From Gammaproteobacteria bacterium (lineage in GTDB: Bacteria > Pseudomonadota > Gammaproteobacteria > DSM-16500), in contig JABDGK010000003.1 in assembly GCA_013286085.1 (NCBI GenBank), positions 19,115 through 83,114 of the forward strand: a DNA stretch of 64,000 bases, given 5' to 3'. The position numbers and the translations under genes are program-made. Below are positions 50,684 through 62,197 of the stretch, in pieces (position 1 is the first letter of the stretch; each line of letters begins with the position of its first letter). A model generated the notes under the pieces. That model saw nothing but the letters and a program-made list of their open reading frames with translations, did not search any database and was not told the origin of the DNA.

Positions 50684-52439
50684 TGTAGAGCAGAAGATAT
50701 CTTTTGAGACCAGAGAGGAGTGCACAATGCTCAGCCGGATATTGCGACAAAACCGGCCAGCATAGCTTCAGAGTTTGCTCTGCAGCAGCCAAATAACGAG
50801 ACTCTTTCGTCAGTGCTCCTAGTTCGATTAATGCTTGCACGGCAACACCATTTCCAGAAGGAAGTGATTCATCCATCAAGGTCTTAGGTCGATACAAAAG
50901 CTTTTCATGATCATCCGCGGTGAAGTAAAAACCACCCGCAGTAGGGTCATAGAAATGCGTTAGCAACGTATCAGCCAGTTCTTTCGCAAATTTCAAATAT
51001 TTTTGATCCGATAAAATGCGATAAGCAACCAATGAAGCATCTAGCAAGAAAGCATAATCATCTAAATAGGCAGGCAAACTAGCCGCACCATCTTTATAGC
51101 AAGCAAATAATCGCTGATTCGACCAGCAATGTTCAAATAAAACCCCCAAGGCTTTTTTGGCTGATTTAATGAATGTTGGCTCATGCAGTTGGTCGCCAGC
51201 AATCAACAAACTTTTAATCATTAACGCATTCCATGCTGTTAAAATTTTCTCGTCGCGATAAGGTTTGATACGACGCTGACGAGCAGCGAGTAATTTATGT
51301 TTTGCCGAAACCAACACAGCTTTTTCGTGCGCGTTTTGGAGTGCTTCAGCAATATGGAGATGCCACATGCCTTCAAAATTAGGCGCATCATCTAGACCAT
51401 AATAAATTTTAGTAATTTGAAATTCTTCGCGCAAAAGCAGTTTATCAATTTCTTGAATATCCCATACATAAAATTTCCCCTCATGATCTTCTGAATCAGC
51501 ATCCAAGGTAGCGTAATAACCGCCACTAGGCGCTTGCATTTCATCGAGCACCCAATTGGCAGTGTCTCGGGCAATTTCCGCAAAATAAGGCTCGTCAAAT
51601 AAAGGGGCTGCGGTTGCATATAAAGAAATTAATAACGCATTGTCATATAACATTTTCTCAAAATGAGGAATATCCCATAAAGCATCAACACTGTAGCGAA
51701 AAAAACCGCCGCGAAGTTGATCATAAATGCCACCTTCAGCCATTTTGAATAATGTCGTTAAAACCATCGGTGATTTTTCGGTAAGTAAAAATTCTAATAT
51801 TGTACATTGTGGAAATTTAGGTGTGTCACCAAAGCCACCATTTTTACAGTCAAAAATGTCTTCAATAGCAGTCAACGCATTGATAAGTGGTTCGTCATTA
51901 AATTGAAATTGCTCATCTGTTATTTTACTGGGGCGCTGCACGACATCCCGCAAGCTTTGATTTTGTTTTTGAATATCATCTTGACGGTCACGAAATAACC
52001 CCGCAATTTTTTGCAAAACTTCTTTGAATGCCGGCATCTGCTGGCGACGCCCTAATGGAAAATACGTTCCACTAAAAAAAGGTGTTAAATCATCGGCTGT
52101 TAAAAACACAGTTAAAGGCCAACCGCCACTGCGTTGCGTCAATAAATAATGTGTTGTTTGATAAATTTTATCGAGATCAGGCCGCTCTTCGCGATCGATT
52201 TTAATATTAACAAATAACGAATTCATTAAATCCGCTGTCGCTTCATCTTCGAATGACTCATGCGCCATAACATGACACCAATGACAAGCTGCATAGCCAA
52301 TGGAAAGCAGAATAGGCTTATTTTCTGCGCGTGCTTTAGCAATCGCTTCTGGCCCCCAAGGATACCAATCAACGGGATTTGAGGCGTGCTGTAGTAAGTA
52401 AGGGCTTGACTGATGAATTAAATGATTTTGCTTTACCAT
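50679..52439 (-). CDS. YyaL/SSP411 thioredoxin-domain protein
   Basis: [31 protein letters not shown]. Confidence 0.93.
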   Translation of the reverse strand: MVKQNHLIHQSSPYLLQHASNPVDWYPWGPEAIAKARAENKPILLSIGYAACHWCHVMAHESFEDEATADLMNSLFVNIKIDREERPDLDKIYQTTHYLLTQRSGGWPLTVFLTADDLTPFFSGTYFPLGRRQQMPAFKEVLQKIAGLFRDRQDDIQKQNQSLRDVVQRPSKITDEQFQFNDEPLINALTAIEDIFDCKNGGFGDTPKFPQCTILEFLLTEKSPMVLTTLFKMAEGGIYDQLRGGFFRYSVDALWDIPHFEKMLYDNALLISLYATAAPLFDEPYFAEIARDTANWVLDEMQAPSGGYYATLDADSEDHEGKFYVWDIQEIDKLLLREEFQITKIYYGLDDAPNFEGMWHLHIAEALQNAHEKAVLVSAKHKLLAARQRRIKPYRDEKILTAWNALMIKSLLIAGDQLHEPTFIKSAKKALGVLFEHCWSNQRLFACYKDGAASLPAYLDDYAFLLDASLVAYRILSDQKYLKFAKELADTLLTHFYDPTAGGFYFTADDHEKLLYRPKTLMDESLPSGNGVAVQALIELGALTKESRYLAAAEQTLKLCWPVLSQYPAEHCALLSGLKRYLLLYT

Positions 52440-52561
52440 GTCGCATCCTTGTTACCTGTATTGTTATAAATTTACACGATTTGGCACGTGTTTTCAAATT
52501 GCTTGACATCGGTTTATACCCACGTTTAACTTTGGGATCACTTAAGATAAAGGATTAGATT

Positions 52562-53017
52562 ATGAAACTGCGTCAGCTTATTGTTTTAACAGGCATTACT
52601 TTGCTTAGCCAGGCTGCTCTGGCAAATATTACTGTGCAATCATTTTCACTCGCGGCAGGCCAAGGGTGTGATAATTTTACGGGGAAATGGGCGGGTGGCG
52701 GTACAGTCAAAGCAACTGTTATTTTTCCTATTACATGCCACTACAATGGTATTGCAACAGTTGTACCCAATCAGAATGGTTACAATGTCCATGTCGATTT
52801 AACTAAAGATTCCGGAATATGCCCAGACCACGAGTCACTGGATCTGCCTGGCACTTGTCAAAATGGTGCTATCAAATTACAAACAGACAGTGCTAACTTA
52901 CATGGCGAGATGAACCCAGCCGGTACTGAAGCTAATTTAGCAGGGACAGTAAAATTTAATATAGCCGGTAGCACAGTCAATGCAGATATCAGCGATATGC
53001 ATTTGAAAAAACAATAA
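52562..53017 (+). CDS. Secreted beta-rich hypothetical protein
   Basis: Signal peptide ending ALA; four Cys. Confidence 0.75.
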   Translation: MKLRQLIVLTGITLLSQAALANITVQSFSLAAGQGCDNFTGKWAGGGTVKATVIFPITCHYNGIATVVPNQNGYNVHVDLTKDSGICPDHESLDLPGTCQNGAIKLQTDSANLHGEMNPAGTEANLAGTVKFNIAGSTVNADISDMHLKKQ

Positions 53018-53031
53018 TTAACATTAGATCA

Positions 53032-53070
53032 CTGTCTTTCCCGCCTTCACGGGAAAGACGAGCTTTTTTT
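53032..53070. repeat. TGTCTTTCCCG-family REP with T-tail
   Basis: ctgtctttcccgccttcacgggaaagacgagcttttttt. Confidence 0.8.
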
Positions 53071-53105
53071 GTAGAAAAAAATTCGTGAGGATATCTCAAT
53101 AGCGC

Positions 53106-53133
53106 CTTGAAAATTATTTTTTTACCCCCATAT
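53106..53133 (+). promoter_or_regulatory. Sigma-32 heat-shock promoter of htpG
   Basis: CTTGAA-14 bp-CCCCATAT. Confidence 0.88.
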
Positions 53134-53179
53134 TTATTCATAATCGTCATTTCAATTTTATTAGGAGTGAAAGCCCAAT

Positions 53180-55102
53180 ATGAGCGCCCAAGCACAACAA
53201 GAAACCTTAAGTTTTCAAGCTGAAGTCAAACAATTATTAAATATCGTTGTTCACTCATTGTATAGCAATAAAGAGATTTTTTTACGGGAATTAATATCAA
53301 ATGCGTCAGATGCGGCAGATAAATTGCGCTTTGAAGGATTATCTGACTCAGCGCTCTATGAAAACGAGGCAGAACTCAATATCAAAGTGAGCTTTGACGA
53401 AAAAACAAAAACCATCACGATCAGAGATAACGGCATTGGTATGAGCCGTGATGAGGTAATCGCCAATTTAGGTACCATCGCAAAATCGGGAACACGCGAA
53501 TTTTTATCCCGCTTAACAGGGGATCAGAAGAAAGACTCTCACATGATCGGTCAATTCGGTGTGGGTTTTTACTCTGCATTTATTATCGCGGATAAAGTGA
53601 CAGTGATCACGCGTCGCGCTGGTTTAACAGCGGATCATGGCGTGCGCTGGGAATCCAATGGTGAGGGTGCTTACACCATTGCTAACGTAGAAAAGAAAAC
53701 TCGCGGTACTGACATTATTTTACATCTTAAAGAAGGTGAAGATGAATTTTTAAATGATTGGCGCTTACGTACCATTATTTCTAAATACTCAGATCATATT
53801 AATTTGCCCATTATGATGCGCAAATTACCAGACGCCAACACAAAAGAAGAAACGGATATAGCACCGATAGAGTGGGAAGCTGTTAACCGCGCAACTGCAT
53901 TATGGACACAACCCAAAAATACGATTACGGCGGAACAATATAAAGAACATTACAAACATATCTCACATGATTTTGAAGATCCTCTCTTGTGGGCACATAA
54001 TCAAGTAGAAGGTGGGAATCTCGATTATATTAGTTTGCTATATTTACCCGCGCATGCACCATTTGATTTATGGAATCGCGAACGTCAGCATGGCTTAAAA
54101 CTCTATGTTCAGCGTGTATTTATTATGGATGATGTTTCACAATTCATGCCACATTATTTACGTTTCATGCGCGGCGTTGTTGATACCAACGCATTGCCAT
54201 TGAATATTTCGCGTGAAATTTTACAAGATAATCCAACCATCACCAAATTACGTAACGCTCTTGTGAAACGTGTATTGGATATGCTAGAAAAACTAAACAA
54301 AGATGAACCGGAAAAATACGCTACGTTTTGGGGCGAATTTGGTAACGTTATCAAAGAAGGGCCAGCAGAAGATTTTGCTAATCGTGACAAAGTTGCCAAG
54401 TTACTGCGTTTTGCATCAACACACACAGATACAGCTGTGCAAGATGTTTCATTCGATGATTACATTAAACGCATGAAACCAGAACAGAAGAAAATTTACT
54501 ACGTGACAGCAGAAACCTTTAACGCGGCGAAATCCAGTCCCCATCTCGAAATTTTCCGTAAAAATAATGTTGAAGTCATATTATTATCCGATCGTATTGA
54601 TGAATGGTTAGTGAGTCATTTGTCTGAATATGAAGGTAAAGCATTACAATCTGTTGCAAAAGGCGAAGTGGATTTAGGGGAAATTTCTACGGAAACACCC
54701 GCTGAAAAAGAGCAATTAAAACAAACTGAAGAAAAAGCGAAACAAGCGTTTGAAACAGTACTGACGCAAGTCAAAACTATTTTAGGCGACCAAGTAAAAG
54801 AAGTGCGTTTAACACATCGTTTAACTAATTCCCCAGCTTGTTTGGTTTCTGATAATCAAGATATGGGCTTACAGTTACAACGTTTATTAAAAGCAGCAGG
54901 TCAGGAAATCGGTGAAATTAAGCCAATTTTTGAATTGAACCCAGAGCATCCTTTATTACTTAAACTGAAAGCTGAAACCAACCAAGAGCATTTTACTGAC
55001 TTAACGCAGATCTTGTTCGATCAAGCGGTATTGGCTGAAGGTGGGCAATTAAAAGATCCGGCTTTATTTGTACAGCGTCTCAATAAAATGTTATTAAACT
55101 AA
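53180..55102 (+). CDS. htpG: Hsp90 chaperone
   Basis: [34 protein letters not shown]. Confidence 0.98.
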   Translation: MSAQAQQETLSFQAEVKQLLNIVVHSLYSNKEIFLRELISNASDAADKLRFEGLSDSALYENEAELNIKVSFDEKTKTITIRDNGIGMSRDEVIANLGTIAKSGTREFLSRLTGDQKKDSHMIGQFGVGFYSAFIIADKVTVITRRAGLTADHGVRWESNGEGAYTIANVEKKTRGTDIILHLKEGEDEFLNDWRLRTIISKYSDHINLPIMMRKLPDANTKEETDIAPIEWEAVNRATALWTQPKNTITAEQYKEHYKHISHDFEDPLLWAHNQVEGGNLDYISLLYLPAHAPFDLWNRERQHGLKLYVQRVFIMDDVSQFMPHYLRFMRGVVDTNALPLNISREILQDNPTITKLRNALVKRVLDMLEKLNKDEPEKYATFWGEFGNVIKEGPAEDFANRDKVAKLLRFASTHTDTAVQDVSFDDYIKRMKPEQKKIYYVTAETFNAAKSSPHLEIFRKNNVEVILLSDRIDEWLVSHLSEYEGKALQSVAKGEVDLGEISTETPAEKEQLKQTEEKAKQAFETVLTQVKTILGDQVKEVRLTHRLTNSPACLVSDNQDMGLQLQRLLKAAGQEIGEIKPIFELNPEHPLLLKLKAETNQEHFTDLTQILFDQAVLAEGGQLKDPALFVQRLNKMLLN

Positions 55103-55123
55103 AAAGACTGTTGATTTCATTAG

Positions 55124-55160
55124 AAAATCCCAGATAAATTCACTCTTCTGGGATTTTTGT
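55124..55160 (+). terminator. Probable htpG terminator
   Basis: aaaatcccaga/tctgggatttt stem with T-run. Confidence 0.65.
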
Positions 55161-55233
55161 TAATTTATTTGTATATTGACAGATCAATTGATTGTAATTA
55201 TCTTATTAAAAGTACAAAAATAACCTAGAGGTA

Positions 55234-55578
55234 TTGTTTATGCCATGGCCGTTCCTAAAAAAGAAAGATGTTCCGCTTGATGCTGATTTAATGGGTGGAT
55301 CACAACACCAGACAGTGCTCCCAGGGCATTCAGCTGTCTATGCAGCAAACTATGCGGCTCCTACTGTTACATCAACTGCTCCAGCTGTTAACTCAGCGGC
55401 ATCAGCAACTCAAACAAAAGCGCCCGCCAGTACGAATGACGAAGCACAACCCGGTGGATGCTGGGCATGGTTATTCGGCAATAACAGTAATAAAAAGAAA
55501 TTAATGGCTGGCAAAAACCAGCGTAGCGATGACCTTGACGAATCCTATAAGATAAACACAGGTCCATGGCATAATTAA
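55234..55578 (+). CDS. Small low-complexity hypothetical protein
   Basis: GAGG RBS, Ala/Thr/Ser-rich; start probably ATG 55240. Confidence 0.55.
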   Translation: MFMPWPFLKKKDVPLDADLMGGSQHQTVLPGHSAVYAANYAAPTVTSTAPAVNSAASATQTKAPASTNDEAQPGGCWAWLFGNNSNKKKLMAGKNQRSDDLDESYKINTGPWHN

Positions 55579-55731
55579 TTAAATCGACCCTAGAGGCTGC
55601 ATTCATGATGCAGCCTTTACAATTCATTTCTCTTGCCTAAAACCGATACAAGCCCATAAAAATATCAATTTAATTCTCTATCTATTCTCCCTATAATACC
55701 TCCCTAAGGAAACATTCATCAGGGGAAAGCT

Positions 55732-56847
55732 ATGTTAATTGGCGTACCAGCAGAAATTAAAAATCATGAATATCGTGTCGGTTTAGTACCCAGTAGCGTG
55801 AGAGAATTAATAGCACAAGGACATCAAGTCATTGTTCAGCACGACGCTGGCGCAAAAATTGGTTTTGATGATGCTGCCTATGAACAAGTTGGCGCAACCC
55901 TTGCACCAACAGCAGCGGATGTGTTTCGCACCGCGGATATGATTGTCAAAGTCAAAGAGCCACAACCACAAGAATGTAAAATGCTCCGCAAAGACCAAGT
56001 CTTATTTACCTACTTGCATTTAGCACCCGATCCAGAACAAGCAAAATTATTACAAGAATCCGGTTGTGTGGCGATCGCCTATGAAACCGTCACCGACAAT
56101 CGTGGCGGCTTGCCTTTGCTTGCACCGATGAGTGAAGTCGCAGGACGCATGTCAATTCAAGCGGGCGCCAAAAGCTTAGAAATTGTGAATGGTGGTAGTG
56201 GTATCTTACTTGGCGGCGTACCAGGCGTTGCGCCCGGCAAAGTTGTTGTGCTGGGCGGTGGTGTAGTGGGAACTAATGCTGTGCGCATGGCGATGGGCAT
56301 GGGTGCGCAAGTCGTGGTGATTGATAGATCCATCGAGCGATTAAATCTATTAGATCTACAATTTGGCTCAAAAATTATTACCATTTATTCAACGACAGAT
56401 GCAATTGAACGTCATGTTGCACGTGCTGATTTAGTCGTTGGCGCTGTATTAGTACCGGGTGGTTCTGCACCAAAATTATTAACCCGTGAAATGATAAAAA
56501 AAATGCGTCCCGGTTCCGTTGTGGTGGATGTCTCAATTGATCAAGGCGGTTGTTTTGAAACAAGTCGCCCAACAACACATCAAGAACCCACTTATGTAGT
56601 AGATGGTGTTGTGCATTATTGTGTAACGAATATGCCAGGTGGTGTACCACGCACATCCACTTTTGCATTGAATAATGCAACCTTGCCATTCATTTTAGCA
56701 CTTGCCAAGTTAGGCTATAAAGAAGCAATGAAACGCGATCCGCATTTATTAAAGGGCTTGAATGTTTGTAAAGGCCATTTAACACATAAAGTCGTTGCAG
56801 AAGCATTAAAGAAAGAATATGTCACTGCTGAAGTGGCGATGAACTAA
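55732..56847 (+). CDS. ald: Alanine dehydrogenase
   Basis: [29 protein letters not shown]. Confidence 0.97.
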   Translation: MLIGVPAEIKNHEYRVGLVPSSVRELIAQGHQVIVQHDAGAKIGFDDAAYEQVGATLAPTAADVFRTADMIVKVKEPQPQECKMLRKDQVLFTYLHLAPDPEQAKLLQESGCVAIAYETVTDNRGGLPLLAPMSEVAGRMSIQAGAKSLEIVNGGSGILLGGVPGVAPGKVVVLGGGVVGTNAVRMAMGMGAQVVVIDRSIERLNLLDLQFGSKIITIYSTTDAIERHVARADLVVGAVLVPGGSAPKLLTREMIKKMRPGSVVVDVSIDQGGCFETSRPTTHQEPTYVVDGVVHYCVTNMPGGVPRTSTFALNNATLPFILALAKLGYKEAMKRDPHLLKGLNVCKGHLTHKVVAEALKKEYVTAEVAMN

Positions 56848-56856
56848 ATCTTATTT

Positions 56857-56982
56857 CTCCCTTCTCCCGCTCGTGGGAGAAGGGTTGGGGATGAGGGCTT
56901 TGACGTCAACACCATTCTTAACAGAAGCCGTGTAACACTAAAATCCCTCACCCTAACCCTCTCCCATCAATGGGAGAGAGGA
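56857..56982. repeat. REP doublet, CCCTCACCCTAACCCTCTCCC type
   Basis: cccttctcccgctcgtgggagaagggttggggatgaggg..ccctcaccctaaccctctcccatcaatgggagagagga. Confidence 0.85.
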
Positions 56983-57003
56983 TTATTTAGAGAGGGATAA
57001 ACC

Positions 57004-58380
57004 GTGCTGACCTGTTTTGTAAAAAACAATGCTGAAAAATCAATTCCTATTTCAGTCATTGCCAGCAGTGACTTTCCGCAATGGCTAGAGAAACAAGACA
57101 ATATTGTAAAAAACTGGCTAAAAACCACTAATTTTCGCGCTGATAACGGTAATATGAGCTTACTACCCGACACAACAGGGAAATTAATCCGTATTATTTT
57201 TTGTATAAATGACCTTAAAAATTTTTTTGCTATAGGCAGTTTACCGACTTCACTTCCTGACGGGATCTACTGTTTTGATTTAACAAATTCAACTTACAGT
57301 ACGCATTATGCAACAGCATGGGGATTAGGAGCTTATCAATTTTCTCGCTATAAAAAACCCAGCAAAATCCCAGCAAAATTAGATCTAGAAAACATTAGCA
57401 ATGCTGATCAGGTAATTAACACCATCGAATCAATTTACTTGGTGCGTGATTTAATTAACACACCAACAGATGATATGGGGCCATCTGAGCTTGCTGGTGT
57501 TGCCATCAGTCTTGCCAGTGAATTTTCTGCATCAATCACGCAAATTGTTGGGGATGATTTGTTAGCACAAAACTTTGCATCCATTCATACCGTGGGCAGA
57601 GCAAGCGATGATTTACCCCGTTTGATTGATATGCGATGGGGAAATGAAGCACATCCTAAAATTACTTTAGTCGGTAAAGGCGTGTGTTTTGATACCGGCG
57701 GTCTTGATATTAAGCCATCATCCGGTATGTTATTAATGAAAAAAGACATGGGCGGCGCTGCGCATGTGTTAGGTTTGGCGCGCATGATTATGCAAGCAAA
57801 GCTACCCGTTAGATTACGCATCTTGATTCCCGCTGTTGAAAATTCAATTTCAGGTAATGCCTATCGTCCTGGCGATGTTATTAAGAGTCGCAAAGGATTA
57901 ACGATTGAAATTGGCAACACTGACGCTGAAGGGCGTGTGGTATTAGCGGATGCGTTGACAGAAGCGGTCAGTGAAAAACCAGCATTATTAATCGACATGG
58001 CAACATTAACCGGTGCTGCACGTATTGCGGTTGGTACTGATATTGCAGCCATGTTCACGAATTCAGATAAACTCGCGACAGATATTTTAAAACATGCCGA
58101 AACACAAAATGATCCTATTTGGCAGTTACCCTTATTTGTTGGCTATCGTGATTCATTAAATAGTTCCATTGCTGATATTAATAATAATGCCGCTGATTCT
58201 TATGCCGGCGCAATTACAGCTGGATTATTTTTAAAAGAATTTGTACCAGACACCGTACCATGGCTGCATTTTGATATCATGGCATGGAATTTAAAGACAC
58301 GTCCTGGCCGCCCACAAGGTGGTGAAGCAATGGCGTTGCGCGCATTATTTAGTTATTTAGTGGCGAAATATAACGGATAG
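57004..58380 (+). CDS. M17 leucyl aminopeptidase (PepB-like)
   Basis: VGKGVCFDTGG, MKKDMGGAA, NTDAEGR, ATLTGA. Confidence 0.95.
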   Translation: MLTCFVKNNAEKSIPISVIASSDFPQWLEKQDNIVKNWLKTTNFRADNGNMSLLPDTTGKLIRIIFCINDLKNFFAIGSLPTSLPDGIYCFDLTNSTYSTHYATAWGLGAYQFSRYKKPSKIPAKLDLENISNADQVINTIESIYLVRDLINTPTDDMGPSELAGVAISLASEFSASITQIVGDDLLAQNFASIHTVGRASDDLPRLIDMRWGNEAHPKITLVGKGVCFDTGGLDIKPSSGMLLMKKDMGGAAHVLGLARMIMQAKLPVRLRILIPAVENSISGNAYRPGDVIKSRKGLTIEIGNTDAEGRVVLADALTEAVSEKPALLIDMATLTGAARIAVGTDIAAMFTNSDKLATDILKHAETQNDPIWQLPLFVGYRDSLNSSIADINNNAADSYAGAITAGLFLKEFVPDTVPWLHFDIMAWNLKTRPGRPQGGEAMALRALFSYLVAKYNG

Positions 58381-58384
58381 CGTG

Positions 58385-58477
58385 GAAAAACAGGGTCCTA
58401 GAGAGTTGGTAAATACTTCTCGTCCATAAGAAAAAACAATTATCATCCTCTAGGACCAATACAGAACTCTCTAGGTG
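58385..58477 (-). ncRNA. Candidate small RNA
   Basis: TTGCAT-16-TATAAT (58510-58483) precedes about 90 nt with end-to-end pairing and a T-run. Confidence 0.45.
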
Positions 58478-58603
58478 GGCATATTATACCCGTCTCGAAA
58501 TAGAATGCAAAAAATCATTTTTATTCTTGAAATCATCCAGTTGTCAAAATGTTACTTCCAGTTTCCCCTGATATTTTGTCATCTATTTCTTACAAAATAG
58601 TCA

Positions 58604-58633
58604 CGTAGGGTGGTCAAAGCGTAGCGTGTCCAC
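58604..58633. repeat. GTAG-type REP, single
   Basis: cgtagggtggtcaaagcgtagcgtgtccac. Confidence 0.85.
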
Positions 58634-58647
58634 GATTTCCTAATGGT

Positions 58648-59673
58648 CTAACTCCAGTTTAATAACACTTTACCACTTTGCCCGGTATTCATCACAGAAA
58701 ATGCTTTTTCATAGTCATTGCAATGAAATTGATGCGTAATCACAGAGTGAATATCTAACCCACTTTGCAACATGCAAATCATTTTGTACCACGTCTCAAA
58801 CATTTCACGGCCATAAATACCCTTAACGGTGAGCCCTTTCATAATAACTTGGCTCCAATCAATTTGCGTTTCTTTGGGTAAAAAACCTAACAGAGCGATT
58901 TTGCCCGCATGATTCATGTGTTCTAGCATGCCATTAAATGCGTTTGCATTGCCTGACATTTCCAAGCCAACATCAAAACCTTCGTGCATGTTAAGAACAT
59001 TCATGGCATCACGTAAGGTATGTTTGCTGCTATCAATCGCCAGGGAAACACCGATTTTTTTAGCTAATTCTAAGCGATAGGGGTTCACATCCGTAATAAC
59101 CACATGACGCGCGCCCACATGGCGTGCAATAGCAGCCGCCATGATACCTACGGGGCCAGCACCGGTTACCAAGACATCTTCACCCACTAAATCAAACGAT
59201 AAAGTCGTGTGTGCAGCATTGCCCAGCGGATCTAAAATCGCTGCTTGTTCATCGGCAATGGATTTCGGAATAGGGTAGGCATTGACTGCTGGAATCACGA
59301 CATATTCTGCAAAACAACCAGGACGGGTGACACCCACGCTTTCATTTTTGCGACATAAATGGCGTCGACCAGCGCGACAACTACGACAGAAACCACATGA
59401 AATATGCCCTTCACCAGCAACACGTGTACCAACTTGTAGCCCAGTCACTTCTTTGCCAATTTCAACAATTTCACCCACAAATTCATGACCGGTCACTAAT
59501 GGTACGGGGATGTGTTCTTGTGCCCAAGCATCCCAGTTATAAATGTGGATATCGGTACCGCAAATAGCGGTTTTTTTCACTTTGATTAATACATCATTAT
59601 GACCGACAACAGGCATCGGAACATCCATCATCCAAATACCAGGTTCTGCCTTTGCTTTCACGAGTGCTTTCAT
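58648..59673 (-). CDS. tdh: L-threonine 3-dehydrogenase
   Basis: CGTD, GHE, structural Zn Cys cluster, [12 protein letters not shown]; follows kbl. Confidence 0.97.
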   Translation of the reverse strand: MKALVKAKAEPGIWMMDVPMPVVGHNDVLIKVKKTAICGTDIHIYNWDAWAQEHIPVPLVTGHEFVGEIVEIGKEVTGLQVGTRVAGEGHISCGFCRSCRAGRRHLCRKNESVGVTRPGCFAEYVVIPAVNAYPIPKSIADEQAAILDPLGNAAHTTLSFDLVGEDVLVTGAGPVGIMAAAIARHVGARHVVITDVNPYRLELAKKIGVSLAIDSSKHTLRDAMNVLNMHEGFDVGLEMSGNANAFNGMLEHMNHAGKIALLGFLPKETQIDWSQVIMKGLTVKGIYGREMFETWYKMICMLQSGLDIHSVITHQFHCNDYEKAFSVMNTGQSGKVLLNWS

Positions 59674-59686
59674 GTTGCAATCCTTC

Positions 59687-59722
59687 CGTAGGGTAGACAC
59701 GCTGCGCTTTGTCCACCCTACG
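59687..59722. repeat. GTAG-type REP hairpin inside the kbl-tdh operon
   Basis: cgtagggtagacacgctgcgctttgtccaccctacg. Confidence 0.88.
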
Positions 59723-59731
59723 TGATTATTT

Positions 59732-60925
59732 TTAGTGGTTAATAATGCCTAGTTGTTTACCTATTTTTTCAAAAGCAGTAATCGCTTTATCTAAATGGCT
59801 TTTTTCGTGCGCCGCTGACATTTGTGTGCGAATACGTGCTTGACCATGCGGGACAACCGGATAAGAAAAGCCAATTACATAAATACCTTCTTTCAGTAAA
59901 GCATCCGCCATATTTTTAGCAAGCGTTGCTTCACCCAGCATCACAGGAATAATAGGATGTTCACCGGGGATTAATTTAAAGCCTAATTTTTCTAAGCCAT
60001 TGCGAAAATAACGACTATTTTCATGTAATCGTTTCGGTAAATCATGACTGGATTCTAACATCTCTACTACTTTAATGGATGTGGCAGTAATCACAGGTGC
60101 TAGTGTATTTGAAAATAAATAGGGGCGTGAACGTTGTCGCAACCACTCTACAATTTCACGCTTACCACTTGTGTAACCACCAGAGGCACCACCGAGTGCT
60201 TTACCTAACGTTCCCGTAATAATATCAATACGATCGATGACGTTATGATAATCGTGTGTACCACGGCCATTTTTACCCATAAAACCTACCGCGTGTGAAT
60301 CATCGACCATGACCATCGCATCGTATTGATCAGCTAAATCACAAATAGCCGGTAAATTAGCGATAATACCATCCATCGAAAAAACACCATCGGTTGCAAT
60401 TAAGCGATAGCGAGCATTTTTAGATTCTTTGAGTTTTTCTTCGAGATCATGCATATCATTATTGGCATAGCGAAATCGCTGTGCTTTGCAAAGTCGAATA
60501 CCGTCAATAATGCTGGCATGATTGAGAGCATCACTGATAATGGCATCCTCAGGGCCAAGCAACGTTTCAAATAAACCACCATTCGCATCAAAGCAAGAAG
60601 AGTAGAGAATGGTATCTTCCATTCCTAAAAAATGACTGAGTTTATTTTCGAGTTCTTTATGAACATTTTGTGTGCCACAAATAAAACGCACAGATGACAT
60701 ACCAAAACCGTATTCATCTAACGATTTTTTAGCAGTTTCAATCAGTGTGTTATGATTAGCAAGACCAAGATAATTATTCGCACAAAAATTTAAAACAGGC
60801 GAACCATCAGCCACAGTAATTTCCGCTTGTTGTTGTGAAGTGATAATTCTTTCACCTTTGAATAAGCCAGTTTGTTTTAAGTTATCGATTTCACGCGAGA
60901 GAAATGGGAGAAAATCATTTTTCAT
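59732..60925 (-). CDS. kbl: 2-amino-3-ketobutyrate CoA ligase
   Basis: [27 protein letters not shown]. Confidence 0.97.
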   Translation of the reverse strand: MKNDFLPFLSREIDNLKQTGLFKGERIITSQQQAEITVADGSPVLNFCANNYLGLANHNTLIETAKKSLDEYGFGMSSVRFICGTQNVHKELENKLSHFLGMEDTILYSSCFDANGGLFETLLGPEDAIISDALNHASIIDGIRLCKAQRFRYANNDMHDLEEKLKESKNARYRLIATDGVFSMDGIIANLPAICDLADQYDAMVMVDDSHAVGFMGKNGRGTHDYHNVIDRIDIITGTLGKALGGASGGYTSGKREIVEWLRQRSRPYLFSNTLAPVITATSIKVVEMLESSHDLPKRLHENSRYFRNGLEKLGFKLIPGEHPIIPVMLGEATLAKNMADALLKEGIYVIGFSYPVVPHGQARIRTQMSAAHEKSHLDKAITAFEKIGKQLGIINH

Positions 60926-60998
60926 GTGGATATCCTATCAAGGTATTTTTTGTGGGAGAATTATGAAATAGTTTATGTGAAATTGCTATGTCATTTTT

Positions 60999-61030
60999 CG
61001 TAGGGTGGACAAAGCGCAGCGTGTCCACCG
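60999..61030. repeat. GTAG-type REP, single
   Basis: cgtagggtggacaaagcgcagcgtgtccaccg. Confidence 0.9.
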
Positions 61031-61038
61031 CGCGAACT

Positions 61039-61320
61039 CTACTTCGGGCGAGGGCTTTTAGGTGCTTTTTTAGCTTTAGGAAGATTTTCACAATACTGAC
61101 ATAAGGGATACAACTTTCTATAATGTGGATCGGCTTTTTTTATCTCAGGCATATAATAAAATAGTAAATTAATTAACGTTGCAACTTTGGCGGAATAGAC
61201 TTGCGTCTCCTCAAATTTTTTCGTTTTCAAGCGCATTTTAACCGCATCAATACGTTCGGGTGTTTTGACATCCCGACGAATTACATTGAGATAGCTAAAC
61301 ACTTTTGCCCGTAAGTTCAT
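61039..61320 (-). CDS. Small basic hypothetical protein
   Basis: 93 aa, Lys-rich tail, CQYC; fills the intergenic gap. Confidence 0.55.
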   Translation of the reverse strand: MNLRAKVFSYLNVIRRDVKTPERIDAVKMRLKTKKFEETQVYSAKVATLINLLFYYMPEIKKADPHYRKLYPLCQYCENLPKAKKAPKSPRPK

Positions 61321-61420
61321 ATTCTCACCGTATGATTTTACTATTCAATGCGTTGTCATCCTTGATAAACTTTAACACTTTTCAACAACTCTAAGTATAG
61401 ATCACATTTTGCGGGGCATT

Positions 61421-61678
61421 ATGACAATAACCGAAGTTCCTCCCCAATTACGCTGGGCGTGCCGCCGCGGCATGCTAGAACTTGATGTTTTATTAGGGAA
61501 TTTTTTAGAAGAAGCTTTTTTATCACTGACTGAGCAAGATCAAGCCATTTTTGTAAAATTACTAAGCGAAAATGATCAAGATTTATTCATGTGGTTAACG
61601 GGGCATAAAATACCAGAAAATACCAAATTCGCTGGAATGGTAGGGAAAATACGTCATCATGCACAGAATAGACATTAA
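61421..61678 (+). CDS. sdhE: SdhE FAD assembly factor
   Basis: WACRRGMLELD, DQDLFMW. Confidence 0.95.
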   Translation: MTITEVPPQLRWACRRGMLELDVLLGNFLEEAFLSLTEQDQAIFVKLLSENDQDLFMWLTGHKIPENTKFAGMVGKIRHHAQNRH

Positions 61679-62114
61679 CTTGCAGCCATCTGCTTACTTT
61701 AAGTGGCTCTTATGCTTGATTACACTTGGCAGCCTATTCATCTCATTTTCACTGCCTGTTCACATTTTAATTAGGTTTTTTTTAGCCAGCATTGTTATTA
61801 TTTACGCGGTATCTATTTTTTATTCTGGGTATTGGATGAAAAGCAAGAAGTCTATTGCAGGGTTATTATTTAACGATGGTAATTGGCAAATATTCTGCCT
61901 AAATAAGCGATTAGACGTTAAGCTTTGTGGCGAGAGTACCGTGACAAATTGGGTTAGCGTATTGCGGTTTCAAGTACTGAATACACGGCAAAAATACACG
62001 AGTATTATCTTTAAAGATGCGATGAATGCAGAGGATTATCGGCGCTTAATTGTACTGCTGCGCACAACCAGAGCCTATCAAGCAGAGCGTACTCGAAAGT
62101 CGCGTTTTGCTTAA
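61659..62114 (+). CDS. ygfX: YgfX/CptA-like membrane protein
   Basis: Two N-terminal TM segments, D..YRRLIVLLR; overlaps sdhE. Confidence 0.8.
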   Translation: MHRIDINLQPSAYFKWLLCLITLGSLFISFSLPVHILIRFFLASIVIIYAVSIFYSGYWMKSKKSIAGLLFNDGNWQIFCLNKRLDVKLCGESTVTNWVSVLRFQVLNTRQKYTSIIFKDAMNAEDYRRLIVLLRTTRAYQAERTRKSRFA

Positions 62115-62197
62115 AAATTACGGCATTTCAACTTTAAAATAGTATCTCATCACAAAATACGTTATTATTCGCACCTTTAGCCGGTATTCTGAGAACT

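Noticed and set aside
61421-62114. sdhE-ygfX as a novel toxin-antitoxin pair
   Set aside because: A known conserved gammaproteobacterial operon; SdhE is a flavinylation factor
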